Below are positions 40,298 to 49,312 of a stretch of DNA of 64,000 nucleotides, one piece after another. The notes beneath the pieces are model-generated. The model ran no database searches, was not told where the DNA came from, and saw only the letters and a program-made list of their open reading frames with translations. This stretch comes from Candidatus Woesearchaeota archaeon. Its GTDB lineage: Archaea; Nanobdellota; Nanobdellia; Woesearchaeales; GW2011-AR15. Both the position numbers and the translations under genes were made by a program. Each line of letters begins with the position of its first letter. Positions within the stretch are counted from its first letter, which is position 1. The stretch covers positions 12,158 to 76,157 of the forward strand of contig JAFGJW010000007.1 in assembly GCA_016928835.1 (NCBI GenBank), read 5' to 3'.

Positions 40298-40310
40298 GGC
40301 CTTGGCGCCT
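40298..40310. repeat. 13-bp direct repeat GGCCTTGGCGCCT (right copy)
   Basis: See left copy. Confidence 0.8.
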
Positions 40311-40421
40311 ACTTCCTAATCCTGCTATGTAAATAGTTCTAATTAATTATTAAGAACTTCTATGTGTAATCCCTTTTAAATTCGAAAAGAATATAAACTT
40401 ACCTAAGAAAGAATAGATGTT

Positions 40422-41417
40422 ATGCTTATAGTTGACATTTTAATCTTCATTGCTGCATGTTCCGTGTTAGTTAAAAGCAGTTCATGGCTCTTGAAAAGCC
40501 TCATCAAAATTTCCTTCTTCTTTAATATAAGCGATGTTATTACTGGGTCTGTAATAATGGCTATCTCCACATCTTTCCCAGAATTGTCTGTAGGCATTAT
40601 GTCAGCATTTGATCATCAGCCAATACTTGGCCTCGGCACATCAATTGGGACAATAATATTCAATCTCACTATGATAATGGGAATTATCACGCTCATGGCA
40701 CGTGGAATAAAGATGAGGAATAACTTGTTGCGCAAAGAACTCCTATATATGCTCTTTATTGTCTTTACTCCAGTAATCTTGATGAATGACCATTATTTTT
40801 GGCAACTCTTAGGAATATATATTGCACCGGGAATATCAAGATGGAATGGTTTTATTCTCATTGCCATTTTCTGCTTATATTTGTGGAAGATATTCTCACA
40901 ACATAAAAAATTTAATACTGTGCACCACCACGAACGCTCTTGTAATATAATGAAAGAGACTACAATTCTTTTGTTTAATTTGTCTTTGCTTTTATTAAGC
41001 GCAAAACTAAGTGTTGAATATGCTGAACTGCTTTCTGGTGAACTTGGTATTGCCAATCTATATATGGGCTTATTTATACTAGCTATTGGGACTAGTCTTC
41101 CTGAACTTGTGTTTTCTACAAGAGCAGTGCTCACCAGACACCAGGATATGGCTCTTGGAGATTTGATAGGAAGTGCAATAACCAACTCCACACTTGTTAT
41201 CGGTGCCATTGCCGTAATTTCACCCATTGGTGAGAATATCAAGGCATTGTTTATTAGCAGTATGTTTATGCTAGTAATTTGCTTCATATTTTTCACATTT
41301 GCTGAGAGCGGCAGAGAATTAAGCTGGAAAGAAGGGATATCCTTGATCCTCCTATACTGTTTTTATCTGTTCATACAATTATACACAAGAACAAATCCGT
41401 TATTATTTATGCAATAG
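40422..41417 (+). CDS. CaCA-family Na+/Ca2+ exchanger (YrbG-like)
   Basis: Two alpha-repeat motifs TSFPELSV and GTSLPELVFS. Confidence 0.8.
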   Translation: MLIVDILIFIAACSVLVKSSSWLLKSLIKISFFFNISDVITGSVIMAISTSFPELSVGIMSAFDHQPILGLGTSIGTIIFNLTMIMGIITLMARGIKMRNNLLRKELLYMLFIVFTPVILMNDHYFWQLLGIYIAPGISRWNGFILIAIFCLYLWKIFSQHKKFNTVHHHERSCNIMKETTILLFNLSLLLLSAKLSVEYAELLSGELGIANLYMGLFILAIGTSLPELVFSTRAVLTRHQDMALGDLIGSAITNSTLVIGAIAVISPIGENIKALFISSMFMLVICFIFFTFAESGRELSWKEGISLILLYCFYLFIQLYTRTNPLLFMQ

Positions 41418-41420
41418 TGA

Positions 41421-42473
41421 CTACTTAGTATGGTCAATCTTATCTCTTAATCTTTCCTTGACTTCATACATCTCAAACAGGGTCTCAACAGTAACAAGTA
41501 CCAACGGCCCAAGTACAATCCCAATAATACCAAAGAAACTTAATCCTCCCAAAATACCTATAAAAATTACACCTTGGTGAATCTTAACCTTTTCTCCGAT
41601 AATGCGCGGCTTGATAAAATTATCAATAGTGCTAACCAGCATCACACCATAAAGAAGCAATCCTATTGCCCTAAAGATCTGGCCGACATCACCGCTAGAC
41701 AAACCGTTTAGGAACATGAAAAGTGAGAGTGGTGCATAAACAAACGGCGCACCCATATAAGGAATCAATGCTAGAAAGAACGTTAGCAGTGCAAAAAATA
41801 AGGGGGTCTTAACGCCAAAAATTAAGTACCCGAAAAAAGCTAATATGCTTTGCGCAAGAGCTGTTACAATATGCCCGTAAACAACAGCCTGAACAAGATT
41901 TTCCATATGCCTAAAAAAGATTTGTTTATGTTTGCTGTGCATAGGGAAGTATTGAAACAATTTCTCAGTTATGGCAGGAGCGTCTCTAAAGAAAAAGAAC
42001 ATCAAAAAAAAGACTACAAAGATATTGACAAGTCTATTAGGTATACCTGCAAGAAAATTTTTTATTGAATTCATTAGGAAATTAAAGACCGACTGCAGTA
42101 TAGATGAAAGATCTAAATGAACACCTGTTTTCTCGTAGAAAGTCTGCAAATACTCATTGGCCTTAAAATGAGATCCCGAAACAATATTGACTACCCTGCT
42201 TGATATGCCCGGAATCTCTCTTATAAGAGTATTTAATATTAAAAGAGAGGGTAAGACAATTATGGCAAGAATTAGGATACAGAGTATAATTGAAGAAATA
42301 TTTTTATTTTTAACTATCTCATTGACTAACTTGAAGATAGGATAAAAGATATAAGTAAGCAGCATTGAACTAATGATCGCTATCAGATAGGGTTTAACAA
42401 TGAGATAACTTAAGACAAGCAGCCCGATTATTAGCATAGTTGTGCCATACTTGTAATAGTCATCACCGATCAT
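41421..42473 (-). CDS. AI-2E family transporter (UPF0118/PerM)
   Basis: 350 aa, 7-8 TM, family-typical architecture and Gly/Pro-rich C-terminal helices. Confidence 0.75.
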   Translation of the reverse strand: MIGDDYYKYGTTMLIIGLLVLSYLIVKPYLIAIISSMLLTYIFYPIFKLVNEIVKNKNISSIILCILILAIIVLPSLLILNTLIREIPGISSRVVNIVSGSHFKANEYLQTFYEKTGVHLDLSSILQSVFNFLMNSIKNFLAGIPNRLVNIFVVFFLMFFFFRDAPAITEKLFQYFPMHSKHKQIFFRHMENLVQAVVYGHIVTALAQSILAFFGYLIFGVKTPLFFALLTFFLALIPYMGAPFVYAPLSLFMFLNGLSSGDVGQIFRAIGLLLYGVMLVSTIDNFIKPRIIGEKVKIHQGVIFIGILGGLSFFGIIGIVLGPLVLVTVETLFEMYEVKERLRDKIDHTK

Positions 42474-42527
42474 AAAAAAAAATCATGGTTTATACTATAT
42501 AAATTTATTGATTTGCCTTAAGAAGAA

Positions 42528-42622
42528 TGGGCCCGCCCGGATTTTCGCAAATTTTTCCCTCAACTCGAACCGGGGACCTCCGCCTTGTAAGGGCGATGTC
42601 ATAGCCACTAGACCACGAGCCC
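42528..42622 (-). tRNA. tRNA-Val (anticodon TAC) with 22-nt non-canonical intron in the T-loop (42543..42564)
   Basis: Manual fold: acceptor GGGCTCG/CGGGCCC, D-arm, anticodon stem TCGCC/GGCGG with loop CTTACAA, T-stem CCCGG/CCGGG; removing GTTGAGGGAAAAATTTGCGAAA restores canonical TTCGAAT T-loop and 73-nt length; discriminator A, no encoded CCA. Confidence 0.75.
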
Positions 42623-42715
42623 TGCAGGAGCTAAGAATGCAGGATTAGTTTTTATAATTTTCTAAATAAAGCCAACTAGTAAAACATAAAAAGGCGCAAA
42701 AAATTCTAAGATAAT

Positions 42716-43285
42716 ATGAGAGTAATAACAAAAGATGAATTAAAGCAGGAAAAAACAAAATTTTTAAGACTATTCAAAAAAAGCATATTTATATATCCTA
42801 CTGATACGATCTATGGCATTGGATGCAATGCAAAAGAGGGTCTTCTGGTCAATAAGATACGAGATATTAAAAACAGGGTGGATCAGCCTTTCTCTGTAAT
42901 AGCTCCTTCAAAAGCATGGATTCTTGATAATTGTATAGTTGACAAGCATGGAAAGCAATATCTGCGCAAACTGCCGGGACCCTATACACTTGTTCTAAAG
43001 CTCAAGAAAAAGAACTGTATCTCAAAAAGTATAAACGCGAAAAGAGATACTCTAGGTGTTAGAATACCCAAGCACTGGTTCTCAAACATTGTTGCACAAC
43101 TTAAAATCCCTATAGTAACAACATCTGTAAATAAATCAGGCGAGGAATTTATGACTTCACTGGAGGACTTGGATCCTGGGATAAAACGTAGTGTTGATTT
43201 TATTATATATGAAGGAGTAAAGAGAGGAAAGCCTTCAACAATAGTCCGATTAGATGAATACATAGCACAGATAGATAAAAGATGA
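42716..43285 (+). CDS. threonylcarbamoyl-AMP synthase, YrdC/Sua5/TsaC family
   Basis: YPTDTIYGIGC motif. Confidence 0.85.
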   Translation: MRVITKDELKQEKTKFLRLFKKSIFIYPTDTIYGIGCNAKEGLLVNKIRDIKNRVDQPFSVIAPSKAWILDNCIVDKHGKQYLRKLPGPYTLVLKLKKKNCISKSINAKRDTLGVRIPKHWFSNIVAQLKIPIVTTSVNKSGEEFMTSLEDLDPGIKRSVDFIIYEGVKRGKPSTIVRLDEYIAQIDKR

Positions 43286-43884
43286 GAATTCTTGCGGCAG
43301 GAGACATACACGGAGATAGTAACCTGGCAGAGAGACTGGCCAAAAAATCCAAAGAGAAGAATGTTGACCTGGTTGTTTTATGCGGTGATTTGACCTATGC
43401 TGAGCAGAGCACAAAGAATATAATTGGTCCGTTTGTAAAACGGAAAAAAAAGGTTCTTCTTATCCCTGGTAACCATGAAACATTAGCTACAGCAGATTTT
43501 CTAGCTGAGCTGTATGGTGTGACCAATCTCCACGGATACTCAATAAGAGCAGGCGAAGTAGGCTTGTTTGGGTGCGGTGGCGCTAATATTGGTAGATTCC
43601 AGCTGAGCGAGCCTGAGATCTATGAGCTCTTGAAAAAAGGTCATGACAATATCAAGGACAGCAAGAGAAGAATAATGGTAACTCATGTCCATCCATCAGG
43701 CACAAAAATGGAAAAGCTAACTTCTGTATTTCCAGGAAGCCAAGGTGTGAGAAAGGCTATTGATTCTCTTAAGCCGGATTTTGTATTATGCAGCCATGTG
43801 CATGAAGCAGAGGGCATAGAAGAGAAGATAGGGAAGACAAAAGTCATTAATGTCGGCAGGGAAGGGAAGATTATTGATGTTTAG
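43282..43884 (+). CDS. calcineurin-like metallophosphoesterase
   Basis: GDIHGD, GDLT, GNHE, HVH motifs; ATGA overlap with yrdC. Confidence 0.8.
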   Translation: MRILAAGDIHGDSNLAERLAKKSKEKNVDLVVLCGDLTYAEQSTKNIIGPFVKRKKKVLLIPGNHETLATADFLAELYGVTNLHGYSIRAGEVGLFGCGGANIGRFQLSEPEIYELLKKGHDNIKDSKRRIMVTHVHPSGTKMEKLTSVFPGSQGVRKAIDSLKPDFVLCSHVHEAEGIEEKIGKTKVINVGREGKIIDV

Positions 43885-43894
43885 TAACTCTTTT

Positions 43895-45253
43895 TTATCT
43901 TATATGAGCTGTTTTTGCTATAGGATATTGATTTACAGAAAGTCCTGGTAATAATTCGTTTGCACATATTAGAATATCAGCAACCATCTGTCCATTGTTG
44001 GCTCCAGATTCATAGGCAGTTGTACAATATCGTCCATCAAGTGCGTGAGCAACTGCGGAAACGTATTGATCAGGAGTTAGCATGTCCCCTCTTGAAGAAG
44101 AAAATTCATTATATAGCTCATTATATGCCTTTTGTATTCCAAGTATTTCAACAAGATTTATTTGGCTATCCCCTTCTTCTTCGAGATCAAATAGGAGATA
44201 ATTATTCCACAAAGTAGCAAAGAAATTCACTCTAGCCTGAATCTCCTGCTTCTTATCCGCAAATTCAACTAACCTAGCATGATATTTGGGTGCATCTGCC
44301 CTGAAAGTATCAGAATCAATACTGGCTTGAGCTGATTGTCCAAATTGCTCAACTAAGTTAAAGTGTGCCTGGTAGAGCGAAAACAGAGCATTTAGTGCAT
44401 CAGTTGCAGCATTTTCCTCGCGTTCTTGTAATTCATGTGCTTTTGCACTTGTATCAGGTATATTAAGACCATCTGACAATGTCATATACTGCTTCATAAA
44501 CCTCCCAAGTGCTTGTGCACCCATAAATAATTGTGTTGAGTAGTAACCTGCTGAATTTGGTGTTCCAAATCCAAACTTAAGCAATACCTTTTCTCCATGA
44601 AATCCAGCTATTTCTGCTTCCCTAGCTCCTCCAGATAAAGAAACATAAACACTTCCATTGCGGCTAGCCCTTAAAAGCAGCGCCTGGACCTGAGGGTTGC
44701 TAAGAACGGTATCAAGTCTTGGAAGACTGAACAATGCATTATCTAGATACTTCATTTGTTGTATTTGGTTCCTTAAAATCTTGTCACCAACTTCTTCAAT
44801 ATAATAAATACGCCCATTTTCACTTGTTATTCCGGGAACACCAAAAAAAGGATCTTCTTGAGCCATTAAAGAGTATCTAAGCTGAGCACCTCCGAATCCG
44901 ACAGTGTCTCCTATTTCTGCCGAGAACTGATTAGTTCTATCACTGTTATGGAATGTTCCATTCTGGGTTCTATTATCAGTTACTATCCATTGTGCACCTT
45001 GTTCATCATATTCAACAACAGCATGAACATCATCTAAAAGAGTATTAGGTATGCAGTAAAGACTTTTTCTAGGACTTCGGCCAATAGTCATCTGCTCAAG
45101 ATAATACATTTCTCCATCGGTCTCAACACCTAGAAGTATTTCTTCCCCAATACCATTTTCCAGAACAATACGTTTAGCTCCAGGCTGCAAAGCCTTTGTA
45201 ACCAATTCATCAAGGAAATTTACTGTTGGCATTGTAGGAGTGAAACACCACAC
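43895..45253 (-). CDS. FHA-domain protein with uncharacterised C-terminal region
   Basis: N-terminal FHA signature TIGRSP...DD.HA....D..G..W.VTD..T.NGTF.N..R. Confidence 0.6.
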   Translation of the reverse strand: MWCFTPTMPTVNFLDELVTKALQPGAKRIVLENGIGEEILLGVETDGEMYYLEQMTIGRSPRKSLYCIPNTLLDDVHAVVEYDEQGAQWIVTDNRTQNGTFHNSDRTNQFSAEIGDTVGFGGAQLRYSLMAQEDPFFGVPGITSENGRIYYIEEVGDKILRNQIQQMKYLDNALFSLPRLDTVLSNPQVQALLLRASRNGSVYVSLSGGAREAEIAGFHGEKVLLKFGFGTPNSAGYYSTQLFMGAQALGRFMKQYMTLSDGLNIPDTSAKAHELQEREENAATDALNALFSLYQAHFNLVEQFGQSAQASIDSDTFRADAPKYHARLVEFADKKQEIQARVNFFATLWNNYLLFDLEEEGDSQINLVEILGIQKAYNELYNEFSSSRGDMLTPDQYVSAVAHALDGRYCTTAYESGANNGQMVADILICANELLPGLSVNQYPIAKTAHIR

Positions 45254-45290
45254 ATATATAAATCTTTCTATTTTTATTACTTAAAAGTAA

Positions 45291-46988
45291 CTACATCACT
45301 TCCAATGCTTCAATCCCTAGCAATTCCAACCCTATTTTAAGAACCTGTTTCACACAGCAGACTAATAGGATCCTTGCCTTCTCCAACTCTTTGTCTTCTT
45401 GTATTACCTGATGCTTATGATAATACTCATTGAATTTCTGGCTTAAATCAATTAAATAATTTGCTATTAAACTTGGCTTGTAATTTTCTGCTGATTTTTC
45501 TATTAAACTTGGAAATTGTTCAAGCAGTCCTAGTATAGCTCTCTCCTCTTCTGTTCTTAACAAAGAAAAATCAACATTCTTAACAACTTGTTTTTTGTGC
45601 TTTCGCAGTATACTTGAAGCACGCGCATGTGTATACTGCACATAAGGCCCTGTCTCTCCCTCAAAACTCAAAGACTCTTTTGGATTAAAGATGAAGTCTT
45701 TCATTGGGTCATATTTCAATATAAAAAACTTGATTGCCCCCATGCCAATTTCTTCTGCTCTTTTGTCTATCTCGCTCGTAGATAATTCCTTATATCTTTT
45801 CTTAATCTCTTTCTTAGCCATTTCATGTATATTGTCTGCCAGATTATCCGCATCAACAACTTTTCCCTCGCGAGATTTCATCTTCCCTTCAGGAAGGTAT
45901 ATCATGCCATAGGCAAGATGATAACAGTCTTTAGCAAAAGGATACTTTAAAATCTCAAAAATTTTAAATAAAACCTTAAAGTGGTGGATATGCTCATTTC
46001 CCACTATATATATCATCTTATCCATCTTATAGTCCCCATACCTTATTTTTGCCAGTACAAGGTCTTGTGTAATATAAATGGATGTGCCGTCAGCCCTTAA
46101 CACCACCTTTTTTCCAAGCCCGTGCTTACTTAGATTAGCAACAATATTATCATTTTCATCCTTCTCAAATATGCCTCTCTCTAGACCATTTTTTACAATC
46201 TCTTTTCCTTTCATATAATGGTCGCTCTCAAAATATGGTTTGTCCATTGCCACACCATATCTGTCATAAGTCTGCATAATCCCTTTAACAGCCCAGTCAT
46301 TCATCTTGCTCCATAGTTGCCTAACCTCTAGGTCTCCGCTCTCCCATTTTCTAAGCATCTCTTGTATTTTATCCTCAAACTCAGGATGGTCCGGCAGCTC
46401 TTTGGCATATTTAACATAAAACTCTCCAACGAAATGATCTGTTTTCTTATCCGGCCTTTTGCTATTCCCGAATTTTTCATAGGCAAGCATAGACTTGCAG
46501 ATATGCACTCCGCGGTTATTTAATATATCAACACGTATACTTTTATTTCCTAGGAACTTGTAGATATTTACCAGAGAATTGCCCAAAACCATATTTCTTA
46601 CATGACCCAGATGCAGTGGCTTATTTGTATTGGGACCAGGGGATTCAATCATAACAATACCTTTCTTTCTCTTCCCAGAACCATATTTCCCCTTTTTCTG
46701 ATAAATCTCACTTAGTATATCCTTTGCCAGCTCCTCCTTATTAACGAAAAAATTCACATAAGGTCCTATCGCTTTTATATTTGATATATATTGGTCAGGC
46801 TTAATTTGTCCCGCTAAATCTTTGGCAATTTGAGCAGGATTTTTTTTTAAATGTTTAGCCAGACTAAAGCATGGAAAAGCATAATCTCCCATAGTTGGGT
46901 CTGGAGGTTTTTCTAACACTGGTATACCAGTCTTCCCAGCAAGAACCTTGTCTAAAGAAGCGATAATTGATTTTTTGAACTTGTTCAT
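45291..46988 (-). CDS. argS: arginyl-tRNA synthetase
   Basis: HIGH-type PLHLGHVRN, class I core, DALR anticodon-binding C-terminus. Confidence 0.95.
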   Translation of the reverse strand: MNKFKKSIIASLDKVLAGKTGIPVLEKPPDPTMGDYAFPCFSLAKHLKKNPAQIAKDLAGQIKPDQYISNIKAIGPYVNFFVNKEELAKDILSEIYQKKGKYGSGKRKKGIVMIESPGPNTNKPLHLGHVRNMVLGNSLVNIYKFLGNKSIRVDILNNRGVHICKSMLAYEKFGNSKRPDKKTDHFVGEFYVKYAKELPDHPEFEDKIQEMLRKWESGDLEVRQLWSKMNDWAVKGIMQTYDRYGVAMDKPYFESDHYMKGKEIVKNGLERGIFEKDENDNIVANLSKHGLGKKVVLRADGTSIYITQDLVLAKIRYGDYKMDKMIYIVGNEHIHHFKVLFKIFEILKYPFAKDCYHLAYGMIYLPEGKMKSREGKVVDADNLADNIHEMAKKEIKKRYKELSTSEIDKRAEEIGMGAIKFFILKYDPMKDFIFNPKESLSFEGETGPYVQYTHARASSILRKHKKQVVKNVDFSLLRTEEERAILGLLEQFPSLIEKSAENYKPSLIANYLIDLSQKFNEYYHKHQVIQEDKELEKARILLVCCVKQVLKIGLELLGIEALEVM

Positions 46989-47013
46989 TTAAATAAAGAA
47001 ATAAGTGAATATT

Positions 47014-47331
47014 TTAAATCTTTGTTTCTTTGCTGACCCATTTTTCAAATGGTTTATGCGCCTTATCTATCTTCCATGCAACAACACAGGGCACATCATA
47101 AGTATGTATCTTCTTAATCTCACTATCTATCTTTTCGAAATTCTCATCCCGTGTCTTTGCAATAATACTAAATTCTGTATTCTCTTGGAGCTCATTATTG
47201 AACCAGTACATGCTTTCAATTGGAAAGATATTAACACATGCAACCAATTTTTTCTGAAGCAAATGCTTGGAAATATTTTTTGCATCCTTTACATTGCCTG
47301 CAGTAATATAAACAAACAGCATACCAATCAC
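47014..47331 (-). CDS. cutA: divalent-cation tolerance protein CutA
   Basis: 105 aa; CutA1 fold motifs VACVNI and HTYDVPCVVAWKI. Confidence 0.85.
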   Translation of the reverse strand: MIGMLFVYITAGNVKDAKNISKHLLQKKLVACVNIFPIESMYWFNNELQENTEFSIIAKTRDENFEKIDSEIKKIHTYDVPCVVAWKIDKAHKPFEKWVSKETKI

Positions 47332-47408
47332 CTCTTAATTATTGATTACACCATAGTTTAAATAATTTATCAATAAATTAATAATGGAAGCTTAATTCCA
47401 GTGCAGAT

Positions 47409-48044
47409 ATGAAGCCAAAACTAATAATATTTGATTATGACGGTGTTATTATGAATTCCTTTGATTTCATCAAAAAAGCCTATGACAACATTGCAGAGGA
47501 ATACCAGATTGACAAACCAAATAACCAAGAGTATTACCTGGATTTCTTTGAATTGGACTGGAGGAATACTCTAAAAAAGTGGGGTATTGCTGATAAAAAT
47601 GAGATTGATAGAGTTGTTAAGATTTATTATGACACCTATGACAAACTCAACAACACTATCACACCCTATGATGGGATCACTGAGGTCATCAAAAAAGTAT
47701 CAGAAGAGTATTGCACGGCAATTGTCTCAAACACATACAGGAAGGTAATATTAGCTAAACTTATGGAATTTAAACTGGAAAAGTTTTTTGATTTAATTCT
47801 AGGTATTGAAGACGGCGACTTTAAGCCAAGCCCTGATTTGCTTATCAAATGCATGGGTAAATTGAATTATGAACCCCAAGACACTGTGTTTATCGGTGAT
47901 ATGGATGGAGATATCATAGCTGGGAAAGCTGCAAAAGTCAAAAAGATAATCGCAGTTACTTATGGTTTTCATACACTAAGAAGACTAAAAGGCGCCGATA
48001 TCATTGTCAATAGTCCAAGTGAAATTATAAAAGCTGTCAGATAA
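47409..48044 (+). CDS. HAD-superfamily hydrolase, subfamily IA
   Basis: Motif I IIFDYDGV, motif III/IV IGDMDGDI. Confidence 0.8.
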   Translation: MKPKLIIFDYDGVIMNSFDFIKKAYDNIAEEYQIDKPNNQEYYLDFFELDWRNTLKKWGIADKNEIDRVVKIYYDTYDKLNNTITPYDGITEVIKKVSEEYCTAIVSNTYRKVILAKLMEFKLEKFFDLILGIEDGDFKPSPDLLIKCMGKLNYEPQDTVFIGDMDGDIIAGKAAKVKKIIAVTYGFHTLRRLKGADIIVNSPSEIIKAVR

Positions 48045-48091
48045 AAAAGTAAATATAATAAATAAGGTAAATATTCTTAGCCGGGGTTGAG

Positions 48092-49216
48092 ATGAGTGAA
48101 CAACAAAGAAGAGTCTATGTAATAGTAAATCCGGTTTCTGGAGAATACAGCAGCGATACGGTAGAAAGGTTGGAAGAGATACTAAGACAGACTGCAATAG
48201 CTGAAATAACAAACACACAAAGATTGTCTAGTCCAGTTGAGCAAGTTCCTCAGAGGGAATGGCATACATTAAGTCCACCAACAAATATTGACAGTCTTAT
48301 AGGTGATGCTAAAGATAAAGGATATAACTACATAATTGTTGTGGGCGGCGATGGCACTGTCCATGGTGTCGTGAACTCATTAAGAAATCATGAAGACTAT
48401 ATGAGCAGTGTCCGCTTGGCGTTAGTGCCCACAGGATCTGGTGATGATCTATGCCACAATTTAGGTATTCATAGTGTGCAACAAGCATTAGAGCTAATAG
48501 CAAGCGACCTATTTAATGAAGATAGGTACAAAGCAGCAGATGTTTTAAGATGCGCTATTCCGCAGAATGATTATGAGCGGGCTTTTATTAACAGCGCAGA
48601 TGCCGGATTTGGTGCTCACTTGATTGACTTTGGCAATAAGCGTACAGGAAGAATCATAAGAGGAGCACTTAGCACTTTGCAGGATTTGATGCATAAATTT
48701 GGAATAAAGGGAATCAATTTGCTTGAAAAATGGTATGAAATTTGTGTTCTACCTGCATTCCTATCTTATAGAGTCCCAGATTTTTCTATCTCCATAGATA
48801 GTAGAGCATATCAGAGGCATCATGGTGCATTCCTGCCAATCTGTATGAATGGAAAAGTAGCTGCAGGGAATTTACTATTAGCAGAAGATGCTGACAATTC
48901 AGACGGATATTTGCATTTTACTATGCTTCACGGCATTAAATATTCGCTTGGAGGACTATTGAAGGTGGCTGCATTATTAGGATTAGCTAAGAATCATGAT
49001 ATAAAACTATTTCAAGATCCCCAAATTATGTATACGCCTGCTCATCAAATAACCCAGCTACCTAATCTAGGTGCTGTTGGAAGAGCTCTTGAGCTTGATG
49101 GCGAACTTTACCTTTTTAATAGTCCTATTACTAAAGTTGTATACAGCACTCTCTGGCCAGATTCTGAACAAGGTTACAAAGTAAGAATATTAGCAGCCCC
49201 ACGGAACAGTGAATAG
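48092..49216 (+). CDS. diacylglycerol kinase catalytic-domain (YegS/sphingosine kinase-like) lipid kinase
   Basis: VIVNPVSG and IIVVGGDGTVHGVVNSL, LALVPTGSGDDL. Confidence 0.75.
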   Translation: MSEQQRRVYVIVNPVSGEYSSDTVERLEEILRQTAIAEITNTQRLSSPVEQVPQREWHTLSPPTNIDSLIGDAKDKGYNYIIVVGGDGTVHGVVNSLRNHEDYMSSVRLALVPTGSGDDLCHNLGIHSVQQALELIASDLFNEDRYKAADVLRCAIPQNDYERAFINSADAGFGAHLIDFGNKRTGRIIRGALSTLQDLMHKFGIKGINLLEKWYEICVLPAFLSYRVPDFSISIDSRAYQRHHGAFLPICMNGKVAAGNLLLAEDADNSDGYLHFTMLHGIKYSLGGLLKVAALLGLAKNHDIKLFQDPQIMYTPAHQITQLPNLGAVGRALELDGELYLFNSPITKVVYSTLWPDSEQGYKVRILAAPRNSE

Positions 49217-49312
49217 GCAAGATACCTATTTTTAGTCTCTAATATAGGATAACAAAAAAGATATTAATAAGGTAACTATTGGAATCCTATCAACTCATAG
49301 GGGGACTGAAGA

